Source: an uncultured Candidatus Saccharibacteria bacterium (GTDB taxonomy: Bacteria; Patescibacteriota; Minisyncoccia; Phycocordibacterales; UBA9973). Taken from it: a stretch of 45,218 nt of DNA. Each line of letters starts with the position of its first letter. Position 1 is the stretch's first letter. Position numbers and translations under genes: made by a program. Under the pieces are notes generated by a model. The model was not told the DNA's origin and made no database searches. It saw only the letters and a list, made by a program, of their open reading frames with translations. Positions 7,080 to 14,447 of this stretch are shown one piece after another. Where the stretch lies: the NCBI GenBank assembly GCA_964586975.1, contig CAZPJV010000002.1:1-45218 (forward strand). The letters run 5' to 3'.

Positions 7080-7100
7080 AGCGACCTCTTGACGTGTGTC
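7035..7100 (+). other. Degenerate tRNA-Val-like 5' fragment B with hairpin in the D-loop
   Basis: GGTTAGCTCAGCTTG[CCCCGCCTAGTTCAGGTGGGG]TAAACTAGAGCGACCTCTTGACGTG. The D-arm flanks match fragment A and tRNA-Val. TTGAC recalls the Val anticodon loop, but no stem or 3' half follows. Confidence 0.65.
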
Positions 7101-7103
7101 TTT

Positions 7104-8255
7104 ATGAGAATTTTAAGCATTGAAACGAGTTGCGACGAAACCAGTATCGCAGTTATGAAAGCCACGGGCGGTATAACCGATGCTTCGTTCAGAGTGCTGG
7201 CGCATGAAATTTCTTCGCAGGCGGCAATGCACTCTCCTTTCGGCGGGGTTTACCCCTCGCTGGCCAAACGCGAGCATATAAAAAATCTTCCTCTACTTCT
7301 TAATAAAATCCTGAAAAAATTAAAAACTAAAAAAATTGACTTGATTGCGGTCACTTCCGGCCCGGGACTGGAACCGGCATTATGGACCGGCATAGTTTTT
7401 GCGCAGGAACTCGCCAGAAAATGGAAGGTGCCCTTGATACCGGTAAATCATATGGAAGGGCATATCTTTTCTACTTTTGCTAAGGCGGAAAAAAAATTCC
7501 AAATTCCCAATGCCAAATTCCCAATGCTTGCCCTGCTAGTTTCCGGCGGACACACCCAACTCGTGCTTTCAAACCGGTGGCTCAACTATAAAATAATCGG
7601 CGAGACGCTGGATGACGCGGTCGGCGAGGCCTATGACAAGGTTGCGCGGATGCTCGGCTTGCCCTACCCCGGCGGGCCGGAAATTTCAAAGTTAGCGGAG
7701 CAGCTAAGGGCAGAGGGAAAACAATTTTTACGGGGTGTCTCGCAGGCCGACGGGCCGAGAGGCAGCGCTCCGCGAGCACGCGGAGACAGCGACCCCGCAA
7801 AGATTGGTTTTCCCATAGCCCTCCCCCGCCCGATGCTCAAGAGCAAAAATTTTAATTTTTCATATTCTGGGCTAAAAACCGCAGTGCTTTATTTAATAAA
7901 AAAAATTAGCAAATTGGATAAAAAAACCAAAGCGCAAATCGCTCTGGAGTTTGAAAATGCGGCGATTGAATGCCTGACCTATAAAACCGCCCGGGCGATA
8001 GAAAAATATAAAATTAAAACTCTGGTAGTCGGCGGCGGAGTTTCCGCCAACACGCATTTAAAAAGAGAAATCACCCGCCTTCGCCAAGGCTTCGGACGGG
8101 CAAGAAAAAATCTCAAAATTTTCTTTCCGCCGAAAGAACTAACGGGCGACAACGCGCTGATGATAGGCATCGCCGGTTATCTAAATTATTTGAAAAATAA
8201 GAAAAAAGTTCCAAAACCGGAAAGCATAAAAGCGGATGGAAATTTGAGCTTATAG
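7104..8255 (+). CDS. tsaD: tRNA N6-adenosine threonylcarbamoyltransferase TsaD
   Basis: MRILSIETSCDETS start, and the HMEGH, GGHT and GGGVSAN motifs. The ORF-track start at 7089 (TTG) lies in the tRNA-like fragment, so I prefer ATG 7104. It contains an in-frame insertion of about 25 aa before the PRPM motif. Confidence 0.9.
   Translation: MRILSIETSCDETSIAVMKATGGITDASFRVLAHEISSQAAMHSPFGGVYPSLAKREHIKNLPLLLNKILKKLKTKKIDLIAVTSGPGLEPALWTGIVFAQELARKWKVPLIPVNHMEGHIFSTFAKAEKKFQIPNAKFPMLALLVSGGHTQLVLSNRWLNYKIIGETLDDAVGEAYDKVARMLGLPYPGGPEISKLAEQLRAEGKQFLRGVSQADGPRGSAPRARGDSDPAKIGFPIALPRPMLKSKNFNFSYSGLKTAVLYLIKKISKLDKKTKAQIALEFENAAIECLTYKTARAIEKYKIKTLVVGGGVSANTHLKREITRLRQGFGRARKNLKIFFPPKELTGDNALMIGIAGYLNYLKNKKKVPKPESIKADGNLSL
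7728..7801. repeat. GC-rich imperfect palindrome inserted in frame in tsaD
   Basis: Arms TTACGGGGTGTCTCGC and GCGGAGACAGCGACCCCGCAA. It encodes LRGVSQADGPRGSAPRARGDSDPAK, which is absent from E. coli TsaD between GGP..L and FPRPM. Confidence 0.6.
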
Positions 8256-8272
8256 TATGGTATTATTAGGGT

Positions 8273-10525
8273 ATGCTGGACAAACTCAAGAAGCCCTACG
8301 AGCCCCAAAATACCGAAGACAGAATTTACAAGCTCTGGGAAGAGAGCGGTTTTTTCCAGCCCGAGGCTGGTACGCCTTGGGTGCATGCGCCCGAAACTAA
8401 TCTGAATCATGGGAAAACTTTTTCTATCGTTCTGCCCCCGCCTAATGCAACCGGCGTGCTTCACCTCGGCCACACCCTTGAAGTTTCTATGCAGGACACG
8501 ATGATTCGCTACGCGCGCATGCGAGGCAAAAAAACGCTGTGGCTTCCCGGCACCGACCACGCCGCCATCGCCACCGACACCAAAGTGACGAAAATGCTGG
8601 AGAAAGAAGGTCTCCAGAAAAAAGACATCGGGCGGGAAAAATTCTTGGAGCGCGTGGACGCTTTTGTGACTGAAAGCAGAAAAACTATCGTCAGTCAGCT
8701 CCGTAAAATGGGCGCATCTTTGGACTGGTCGCGGGAAGCCTTCACCCTAGACGAACAACGAAATCTGGCCGTCCGCACCGCGTTTAAAAAAATGTATGAG
8801 GACGGGCTAATCTATCGCGGAAATAGAATCGTGAACTGGGACCCCAAGGGCCAAACGGTAATCTCGGATGATGAAATAGTGTATGAAGAAAGAAAAAGCA
8901 AGTTTTATACTTTTAAATACGGTCCGTTTGAAATCGGCACCGCCCGGCCGGAAACGAAATTCGGTGATAAATATGTGGTGATGCATCCGGACGACCCGCG
9001 GTATAAAAAATGGAAGCAGGGAGACAAATTGACGGTGGAGTGGATTAACGGCCCGATTGTAGCGACCATCATTAAGGATGAAATGATTGATATGGAATTC
9101 GGCACCGGGGTCATGACCATTACCCCTTGGCATTCGCATGAAGATTTTGCTCTGGCGGAAAAATATAAACTGAATAAAGAACAAATCATAGACCACCATG
9201 GCAAGCTCCTGCCTATAGCGCAGGAATTCGCCAGCATGAAAATCGCGGAGGCGCGCGAAAAAATTGTTGAAAAATTGAAAGACAAAGGCCTGCTGGTTTC
9301 GGTGGACGAAAATTATATGAACCGAGTGGCTACCGCGGAGCGCACCGGCGGCATGGTGGAACCGCAGATAATGTTGCAATGGTTCGTGGACGTGAATAAA
9401 AAAATCCCTGCGCGGAGCAACCAGTCTCTGAAAGAATTGATGCTGGAGCCGGTGCGGGAAGGTCGGATAAAAATTATGCCGGAGCATTTTGAAAAAGTTT
9501 ATTTTAATTGGATAGAAAATCTGCGGGACTGGTGCATTTCCCGCCAAATCTGGTACGGCCACCGGATTCCGGTGTGGTATCACGAACCTAAATGCGTTCC
9601 CATCCCGGGACGGGAAAAGGAAATAGAAAAATGCGAGGAAATAGTTGTGGGCGAAGGAACCGAAAAATGCCCGCATTGCGACGCCAAATATTTTCAAGAT
9701 GAAGATACGCTGGACACTTGGTTTTCTGCCGGGCTGTGGACTTTTTCCACTCTGGGCTGGCCCGCCTCCGTCAAGACTACGGCGGGTAAACCCAAAAAAA
9801 CTGGGGACTTAGCCCAATTTCATCCAACTAATGTAATTAACCCCGGCTATGAAATTCTTTTTTTCTGGGTGGCGCGAATGATTTTAATGTCGCAGTATTT
9901 GCTCGGAGAAATTCCCTTTGAGACAGTGTATCTCCACGGCATACTCCGCGATTCTAAAGGGCGCAAGTTTTCCAAATCGCTGGACAACGGCGTGGACCCG
10001 CTGGAAATCATCAGGCAATACGGCGCGGATGCCCTGCGCATGTCCATGATAGTGGGCATCGGCCCCGGCGCGGACAGTAAGTTTGATATTCAGAAAGTAA
10101 AAGCTTACAGCAAGTTCGCCAACAAAATTTGGAACGCGGCGCGATTTGTACTGGAAAATACCAAGAATTTTGCGCCTCCGGAAAAACCAATCTATGATGC
10201 AGAAGATAAAAAATCAGACGAGGAATTAAGGGCGCTGATGGGAGAGATTACCGAAGAAATGGACGGGTATAAATTTTACATCGTGGCGGAGAAACTGTAT
10301 CATTATTTCTGGCATACTTTCGCCGATATTATCATTGAGCGTTCCAAAAAGAAAATACAGGAAAATAAAAACGCGGACTCGGCGCGAGTGCTTCTTTTGT
10401 CCCAGCTCACCACTCTGCTGAAAGCTTTGCATCCCTTTATGCCTTTCATTACCGAAGAAATCTGGTCGATGCAAAATAAAAGTTTGTTAATGACAGAACC
10501 ATGGCCTTACCCGGCGGAGATTTAA
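8273..10525 (+). CDS. valS: Valine--tRNA ligase
   Basis: PPPNATGVLHLGH (HIGH region), KFSKSLDN (KMSKS), and the CP1 editing segment TARPET...GTGVMTITPWH. At 750 aa it lacks the C-terminal coiled coil. Confidence 0.92.
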   Translation: MLDKLKKPYEPQNTEDRIYKLWEESGFFQPEAGTPWVHAPETNLNHGKTFSIVLPPPNATGVLHLGHTLEVSMQDTMIRYARMRGKKTLWLPGTDHAAIATDTKVTKMLEKEGLQKKDIGREKFLERVDAFVTESRKTIVSQLRKMGASLDWSREAFTLDEQRNLAVRTAFKKMYEDGLIYRGNRIVNWDPKGQTVISDDEIVYEERKSKFYTFKYGPFEIGTARPETKFGDKYVVMHPDDPRYKKWKQGDKLTVEWINGPIVATIIKDEMIDMEFGTGVMTITPWHSHEDFALAEKYKLNKEQIIDHHGKLLPIAQEFASMKIAEAREKIVEKLKDKGLLVSVDENYMNRVATAERTGGMVEPQIMLQWFVDVNKKIPARSNQSLKELMLEPVREGRIKIMPEHFEKVYFNWIENLRDWCISRQIWYGHRIPVWYHEPKCVPIPGREKEIEKCEEIVVGEGTEKCPHCDAKYFQDEDTLDTWFSAGLWTFSTLGWPASVKTTAGKPKKTGDLAQFHPTNVINPGYEILFFWVARMILMSQYLLGEIPFETVYLHGILRDSKGRKFSKSLDNGVDPLEIIRQYGADALRMSMIVGIGPGADSKFDIQKVKAYSKFANKIWNAARFVLENTKNFAPPEKPIYDAEDKKSDEELRALMGEITEEMDGYKFYIVAEKLYHYFWHTFADIIIERSKKKIQENKNADSARVLLLSQLTTLLKALHPFMPFITEEIWSMQNKSLLMTEPWPYPAEI
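9761..9786. repeat. CCCGCC...GGCGGG hairpin, in frame in valS
   Basis: CCCGCC-TCCGTCAAGACTAC-GGCGGG. It encodes part of ASVKTTAGKPKKTG, which is extra relative to the E. coli ValS GWPE...FHPT segment. Confidence 0.55.
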
Positions 10526-11199
10526 AAATTTTTACTCTGGCTTTTCTCTTCGGCGGACTCTTGCCCTCTCTCCTGTGGCTCTGGTTTTGGTTGAAAGAAG
10601 ACGAGGAGCATCCGGAGCCGAAAACGATATTGGCGCTGGTCTTTTTGATGGGCATCGCGGTTGTGATTCTAGTTTTGCCAATCCAGAAGTTCATTGACAC
10701 TCATATTCTGTCCACCACCGGCAAGCTGGTTCTCTGGGCGGTAGCCGAAGAGGCGCTGAAATATCTTGCCGTTGTTCTCCTGCTTTGGGGCACCCGCGCG
10801 GTCAATGAGCCGGTAGATTGGCCAATCTACCTTATCACCGCGGCTTTGGGCTTCGCCACTCTGGAGAATACGCTCTTTATAATCAAGCCGCTGGCCGTCA
10901 GCGGGGCGACAGTCAGCCTCTTGACCGGACAGTTGCGCTTCCTGGGGTCTACCCTGCTGCATACTGTTTCCAGCGGGCTAATCGGCATTGCCATGGGGAT
11001 TTCTTTTCATCTAAACGGTTTCAAGAGGGCCAGCCTGGTCTTCGGCTGGTTTCTGGTAGCTGTCGCCTTGCATAGCGCCTTTAATTTCTTTATAATTAGG
11101 AATGGCGGCGATGATTTTTTGAAAGTCTTTGCGTTTCTGTGGGTCGCCACGATAATTCTTCTGCTCCTCTTTGAGAAAGTGAGAAGAATCAGTAAGTAA
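10501..11199 (+). CDS. PrsW family intramembrane metalloprotease
   Basis: Multi-pass membrane ORF with EEALKY and HSAFNF motifs typical of PrsW/CPBP-like proteases. Its start overlaps the valS end by 25 nt. Confidence 0.7.
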   Translation: MALPGGDLKIFTLAFLFGGLLPSLLWLWFWLKEDEEHPEPKTILALVFLMGIAVVILVLPIQKFIDTHILSTTGKLVLWAVAEEALKYLAVVLLLWGTRAVNEPVDWPIYLITAALGFATLENTLFIIKPLAVSGATVSLLTGQLRFLGSTLLHTVSSGLIGIAMGISFHLNGFKRASLVFGWFLVAVALHSAFNFFIIRNGGDDFLKVFAFLWVATIILLLLFEKVRRISK

Positions 11200-11279
11200 T
11201 TAATAGTAAATCAGGCCCTAGGCCGCTAGGCACTAGCAAAAGCTAAAGCCCAGAGCCTAATGCCTAAAGCCTAAAATAT

Positions 11280-11744
11280 ATGGAAAAGAAAAAGAGAAGT
11301 TTTTTTGAAAGATTAACCGGCAGTCTATCGCTGGAAGAGGAAAGCCCGGAGTTAAAAAACAGCATGGAGAGGTCCGACAAGAAAAACGGCAATTGGATTG
11401 AAGAAGAAAATGACGAAGCGGAGCTCACGGTGGATGTTTATCAGACGCCGACCGAAATGGTGATTCAGACAATGGTGGCGGGCGTCAAGCCGGAAGATTT
11501 GGAAATTTCCGTAGCCCGTGACACTATCTCTATCCGCGGCCAGCGCGAAGAAGCCCGCACTATAGACGAAGAAAATTATTTCTCCAAAGAATTGTACTGG
11601 GGCAAATTCTCCCGCACTATTTCCCTGCCGGCCGAGGTGGAACCGGAGGAAGTGGAAGCGACCGAGCGCCACGGCCTGCTGACCATTAAAATCAAAAAGG
11701 TGGATAAGGAGAAAAAATCAAGCATCAAGGTCCGCTCAATCTAA
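11280..11744 (+). CDS. Hsp20/alpha-crystallin family small heat-shock protein
   Basis: Alpha-crystallin domain pattern: DVYQT...V...PGV.PEDLEISV....L.I.G.R......Y...E...G.F.R...LP..V.......A....G.L.I...K. Confidence 0.85.
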   Translation: MEKKKRSFFERLTGSLSLEEESPELKNSMERSDKKNGNWIEEENDEAELTVDVYQTPTEMVIQTMVAGVKPEDLEISVARDTISIRGQREEARTIDEENYFSKELYWGKFSRTISLPAEVEPEEVEATERHGLLTIKIKKVDKEKKSSIKVRSI

Positions 11745-11753
11745 AAAATATTT

Positions 11754-11829
11754 TGGTGCCTAGGGGCAGGATTGCACTGCCGACCCTTCGCTCTTCAGGC
11801 GAATGCTCTACTAACTGAGCTACCTAGGC
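11754..11829 (-). tRNA. tRNA-Phe (anticodon GAA), CCA encoded, atypical T-loop
   Basis: Acceptor GCCTAGG/CCTAGGC, anticodon loop CTGAAGA, discriminator A plus CCA. The T arm is GGCAG-TGCAATC-CTGCC, with G where U55 is normally invariant. Confidence 0.85.
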
Positions 11830-11842
11830 ATAATGATATCGT

Positions 11843-12100
11843 TTAATTTTGAAAGTTCTCAAACAGCGAATTGACGCCGTCTAAGCCGCTCTTGGTTCCG
11901 CCATAAATGCCAATGACTTGGTCAATGTAAGGCTGGATGAAATAATACGCGCCGACAGCCGAACCGATAATCAGCGCCCAGTAAACAGCGTGCACTACCC
12001 GCGCCCAAACCATCGAGCGCTTCAGACTGCGAAGAATCTTGTTATTCTCTGCCGCCAGCGCCAAGGTGTCCGCCAGCAATTTCTTGGACTCCGGATCCAT
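11843..12100 (-). CDS. Small membrane protein, unknown function (85 aa)
   Basis: ORF with one central hydrophobic helix (VVHAVYWALIIGSAVGAYYFI). No competing ORF is convincing. Confidence 0.5.
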   Translation of the reverse strand: MDPESKKLLADTLALAAENNKILRSLKRSMVWARVVHAVYWALIIGSAVGAYYFIQPYIDQVIGIYGGTKSGLDGVNSLFENFQN

Positions 12101-12153
12101 AGACCCAATTTAGCATAAAGTTTGGGAAAATAAAAGCGGTTTTTAAAAAATTC

Positions 12154-12885
12154 TCAAGTGGGTATGTTTGTGCCACCAGGCGCTTTGTGTTTGTCTTCGT
12201 ACATTTTTTTATCTGAAATTTTAAGTAAATCAGCTAGAGTTGTATCGTCTCCTTTATTCATTATCGCAGACCCCATAGAAACACGCAAGGGAACTTTTAA
12301 ACCTTCAACGTCAATAAATAGATTCTCATTAATATCCTCTCTGATTCTATTGAGGGTGGTCGTCGTAGCTTTTGAATCTTCGTTGTAAATGGGCAAAAGT
12401 GCCACGAACTCATCTCCCCCAACTCGAAATATCGAATCATTGCTTCTTCGATCCCTTTTTAAACGTTTCGCCACCGTTATTATTGCTTCCGTTCCTGCCA
12501 AATGACCATATGTATCATTTATTTTTTTCAAATGATCAATATCAACGAAGATGACTATGATTGACTGTAGTTGAGCTTTGCGGTGACTCTCTTCGGTACG
12601 GTTTAGTTCTACTTTTAACTTATTAAATTGAGGTTCCAGAAATCCGGGATTAAGGACTCCGGTTCTAGATTCAATTGTGGCCATTTCACGAGATTTTTCC
12701 GCAAAATCATAGATAAGAGAATCGTATTGTTCTCTGGTGAGCAACCTTTGCTGATAAGAACTGCGCAAATCTTCAGGATTAACTCTGTAATACCTGTTCT
12801 TTATCATGTCCAGGTAGGCAAAATAAATAGCTTCCTCTTTGCTTTCAGATTTTTTCTTGGAGCCTGCTGGAGCTTTTTCCGTCAT
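12154..12885 (-). CDS. GGDEF domain diguanylate cyclase (no recognisable sensor domain)
   Basis: The RVGGDEF active-site motif, an upstream DIDHLKKINDTYGH metal/substrate motif, and an RxxD-like KRDRRSND I-site region. I prefer the start at MTEKAP (12885); the ORF extends to 12924. Confidence 0.8.
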   Translation of the reverse strand: MTEKAPAGSKKKSESKEEAIYFAYLDMIKNRYYRVNPEDLRSSYQQRLLTREQYDSLIYDFAEKSREMATIESRTGVLNPGFLEPQFNKLKVELNRTEESHRKAQLQSIIVIFVDIDHLKKINDTYGHLAGTEAIITVAKRLKRDRRSNDSIFRVGGDEFVALLPIYNEDSKATTTTLNRIREDINENLFIDVEGLKVPLRVSMGSAIMNKGDDTTLADLLKISDKKMYEDKHKAPGGTNIPT

Positions 12886-12926
12886 AACAACACGAATATA
12901 CCACAAATTTCCACTAAATTCCAATC

Positions 12927-13001
12927 TGGTGTCCCCGCCGGGAGTCGAACCTGGATCAGCTCGTTAGGAGTGAGCCGTTCTATCCATTGAACTACGGGGA
13001 C
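12927..13001 (-). tRNA. tRNA-Arg (anticodon CCT), CCA encoded
   Basis: Acceptor GTCCCCG/CGGGGAC, anticodon loop CTCCTAA, T-loop TTCGACT. There is one A-C mismatch in each of the anticodon and T stems. Confidence 0.8.
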
Positions 13002-13017
13002 GGACTATAAAAGTCTA

Positions 13018-13251
13018 TTATAGTCCTAGAAGTTTAGCAATTTTAGGCTTATCAAAACCCACAGTGAGCTCATCGCCGATGATAATAACCGGCACGCCCA
13101 GCTGGCCGCTCTTCTGCATCATTTCCTGCCTTTTTTCCAAATCACCGGCCACATCGTGCTCCGTATAAGCTATATTATTCGCCTTAAAAAACTCTTTCGC
13201 CATGTGGCAAAAATGGCAAGTCGGGGTTGAATAAATGGTTACATTAGGCAT
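13018..13251 (-). CDS. Glutaredoxin/NrdH-like thioredoxin-fold protein
   Basis: 77 aa with the CHFC active site in VTIYSTPTCHFCHMAKEF and GVPVIIIG near the C-terminus. Confidence 0.85.
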   Translation of the reverse strand: MPNVTIYSTPTCHFCHMAKEFFKANNIAYTEHDVAGDLEKRQEMMQKSGQLGVPVIIIGDELTVGFDKPKIAKLLGL

Positions 13252-13353
13252 AATTTTTTCTATTTATCTGTTAATTTTTTAATTATATCATACTTGTCAA
13301 GTATGGTATGGCCAGACCGATAGAAAAGATAGATAATTATTTTCTACGCTGTT

Positions 13354-14322
13354 TTATTGAATTAATTTTTTAAATTCTTCAACCATTGGAACTTGCTCCG
13401 GCTCTACGCCATAGGATTTTGCGGTATAGTACGCAGTCCAATCGGCCAGAATAAGGGAAGAAAAAATCTTGTAGAAGATATTGTTGTCATTGGTTAGCTT
13501 TATAAACTCTACTTTTAGATTACGGTCACGATAAAGTTTCGCGAGCGCTTGCATACGTTTTTTTATTTTTGGAGCATCACCATCGTCTTCAAGTAATAGA
13601 AAATAAAAATTCTTTGCAAGTATATCGGTGGTACCCCTTGCGTCAAAGCCGGTCATCTCATTATGATTAAGCTCTGAAAAAACATTATAAAACGCCGGGA
13701 TTTTGCCTGTCTCATTAAATTTAATTTTCCAATTATATGCTATAGGAAAATTTCGTAGCGAAGAATAAATTACTGGTACGAAGTTATTTAATCTTTTGGC
13801 GAGTTCACGTCCCTGCTCCTCAAGTTCAAGCGGTTTGAGCATTGAAGAAAGTTGGCGCGTTTCCGCAATCGCGCGCCGTTGATTCATAAGTTTTAAAAGA
13901 GCTATGAGGCTAAAGCCGAGAGCAGAGCGGGGCTGAATGCCAATATTGGGCATTTGAATATATGGAAGATTGTGTTTTTGAGCGAGCTCAAGCAGTTTTC
14001 CGCCAATGGACACAATTGCTCGCGGCAGATTCTTCGCGCCGGCTTCTTCGAAGGCAGAGAGCACCTCCTCGGTATTTCCTGAATATGAACTCAAAATTAT
14101 TAGGCGATCCTTCAATGTATTTTCAGAGAGTACGGGCAGCTCGTAATCTTGACTGACAATGATATCTAAGCCGGGACTCCATACCTTCAGAAGATCAGCT
14201 GCTAAATGCGAGCCACCCATGCCAATAACAAGAAACTTAGTTGTTGGTTTTAATGCGTCAGCATTCTCAATTTTTGGTTCGTATGCGAATTGGCTTGCGA
14301 AATTTTTTATTGCTTCAAACAT
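13354..14322 (-). CDS. Bifunctional phosphoglucose/phosphomannose isomerase (SIS domain)
   Basis: SIS pattern GMGGSHLAADL...ILSSYSGNTEE. The C-terminal HNEMTG...Y segment is typical of the archaeal/bacterial PGI/PMI family. Confidence 0.75.
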   Translation of the reverse strand: MFEAIKNFASQFAYEPKIENADALKPTTKFLVIGMGGSHLAADLLKVWSPGLDIIVSQDYELPVLSENTLKDRLIILSSYSGNTEEVLSAFEEAGAKNLPRAIVSIGGKLLELAQKHNLPYIQMPNIGIQPRSALGFSLIALLKLMNQRRAIAETRQLSSMLKPLELEEQGRELAKRLNNFVPVIYSSLRNFPIAYNWKIKFNETGKIPAFYNVFSELNHNEMTGFDARGTTDILAKNFYFLLLEDDGDAPKIKKRMQALAKLYRDRNLKVEFIKLTNDNNIFYKIFSSLILADWTAYYTAKSYGVEPEQVPMVEEFKKLIQ

Positions 14323-14359
14323 GATTTCTAATTATAGCATGCTTGTCGAGTCCTGTATT

Positions 14360-14433
14360 TGGTGCGGCCGGCGAGAATCGGACTCGCGCTCGATGCTTGG
14401 GAAGCACCAGTTCTGCCACTAAACTACGACCGC
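14360..14433 (-). tRNA. tRNA-Gly (anticodon CCC), CCA encoded, atypical T-loop
   Basis: Acceptor GCGGTCG/CGGCCGC, anticodon loop TTCCCAA. The T arm is GCGAG-TCCGATT-CTCGC, with C at position 55. Confidence 0.85.
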
Positions 14434-14447
14434 AAAACGGTGTTATT

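Noticed and set aside
7089-7103. ORF-track start of tsaD at 7089 (TTG), and the long starts of PRTase (3635), GGDEF (12924) and the 129-aa membrane protein (38220)
   Set aside because: The extensions run into tRNA or tRNA-like sequence or lack initiation signals. Internal ATGs give N-termini matching the family consensus (MRILSIETSCDET, MFQDRKEAG) or follow a strong Shine-Dalgarno (38193).
8807-9697. 296-aa minus-strand ORF and other long antisense ORFs (15117..15998, 16407..16889, 37330..37989, 38586..39239, 39236..39901, 39246..40025, 596..1045)
   Set aside because: All lie antisense to or overlap genes with unmistakable family motifs (valS, ppsA, DUF1573, the copper ATPase, MFS). They have R/F/H/P-rich, low-complexity translations typical of non-coding frames in GC-skewed codon contexts.
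11200-11279. The AGCCTAA/GCCTAAAG-rich spacer upstream of hsp20 as a possible RNA thermometer or repeat element
   Set aside because: It contains only short, low-complexity tandem words. No convincing stem sequesters the start region, and no second copy was noticed elsewhere in the window.
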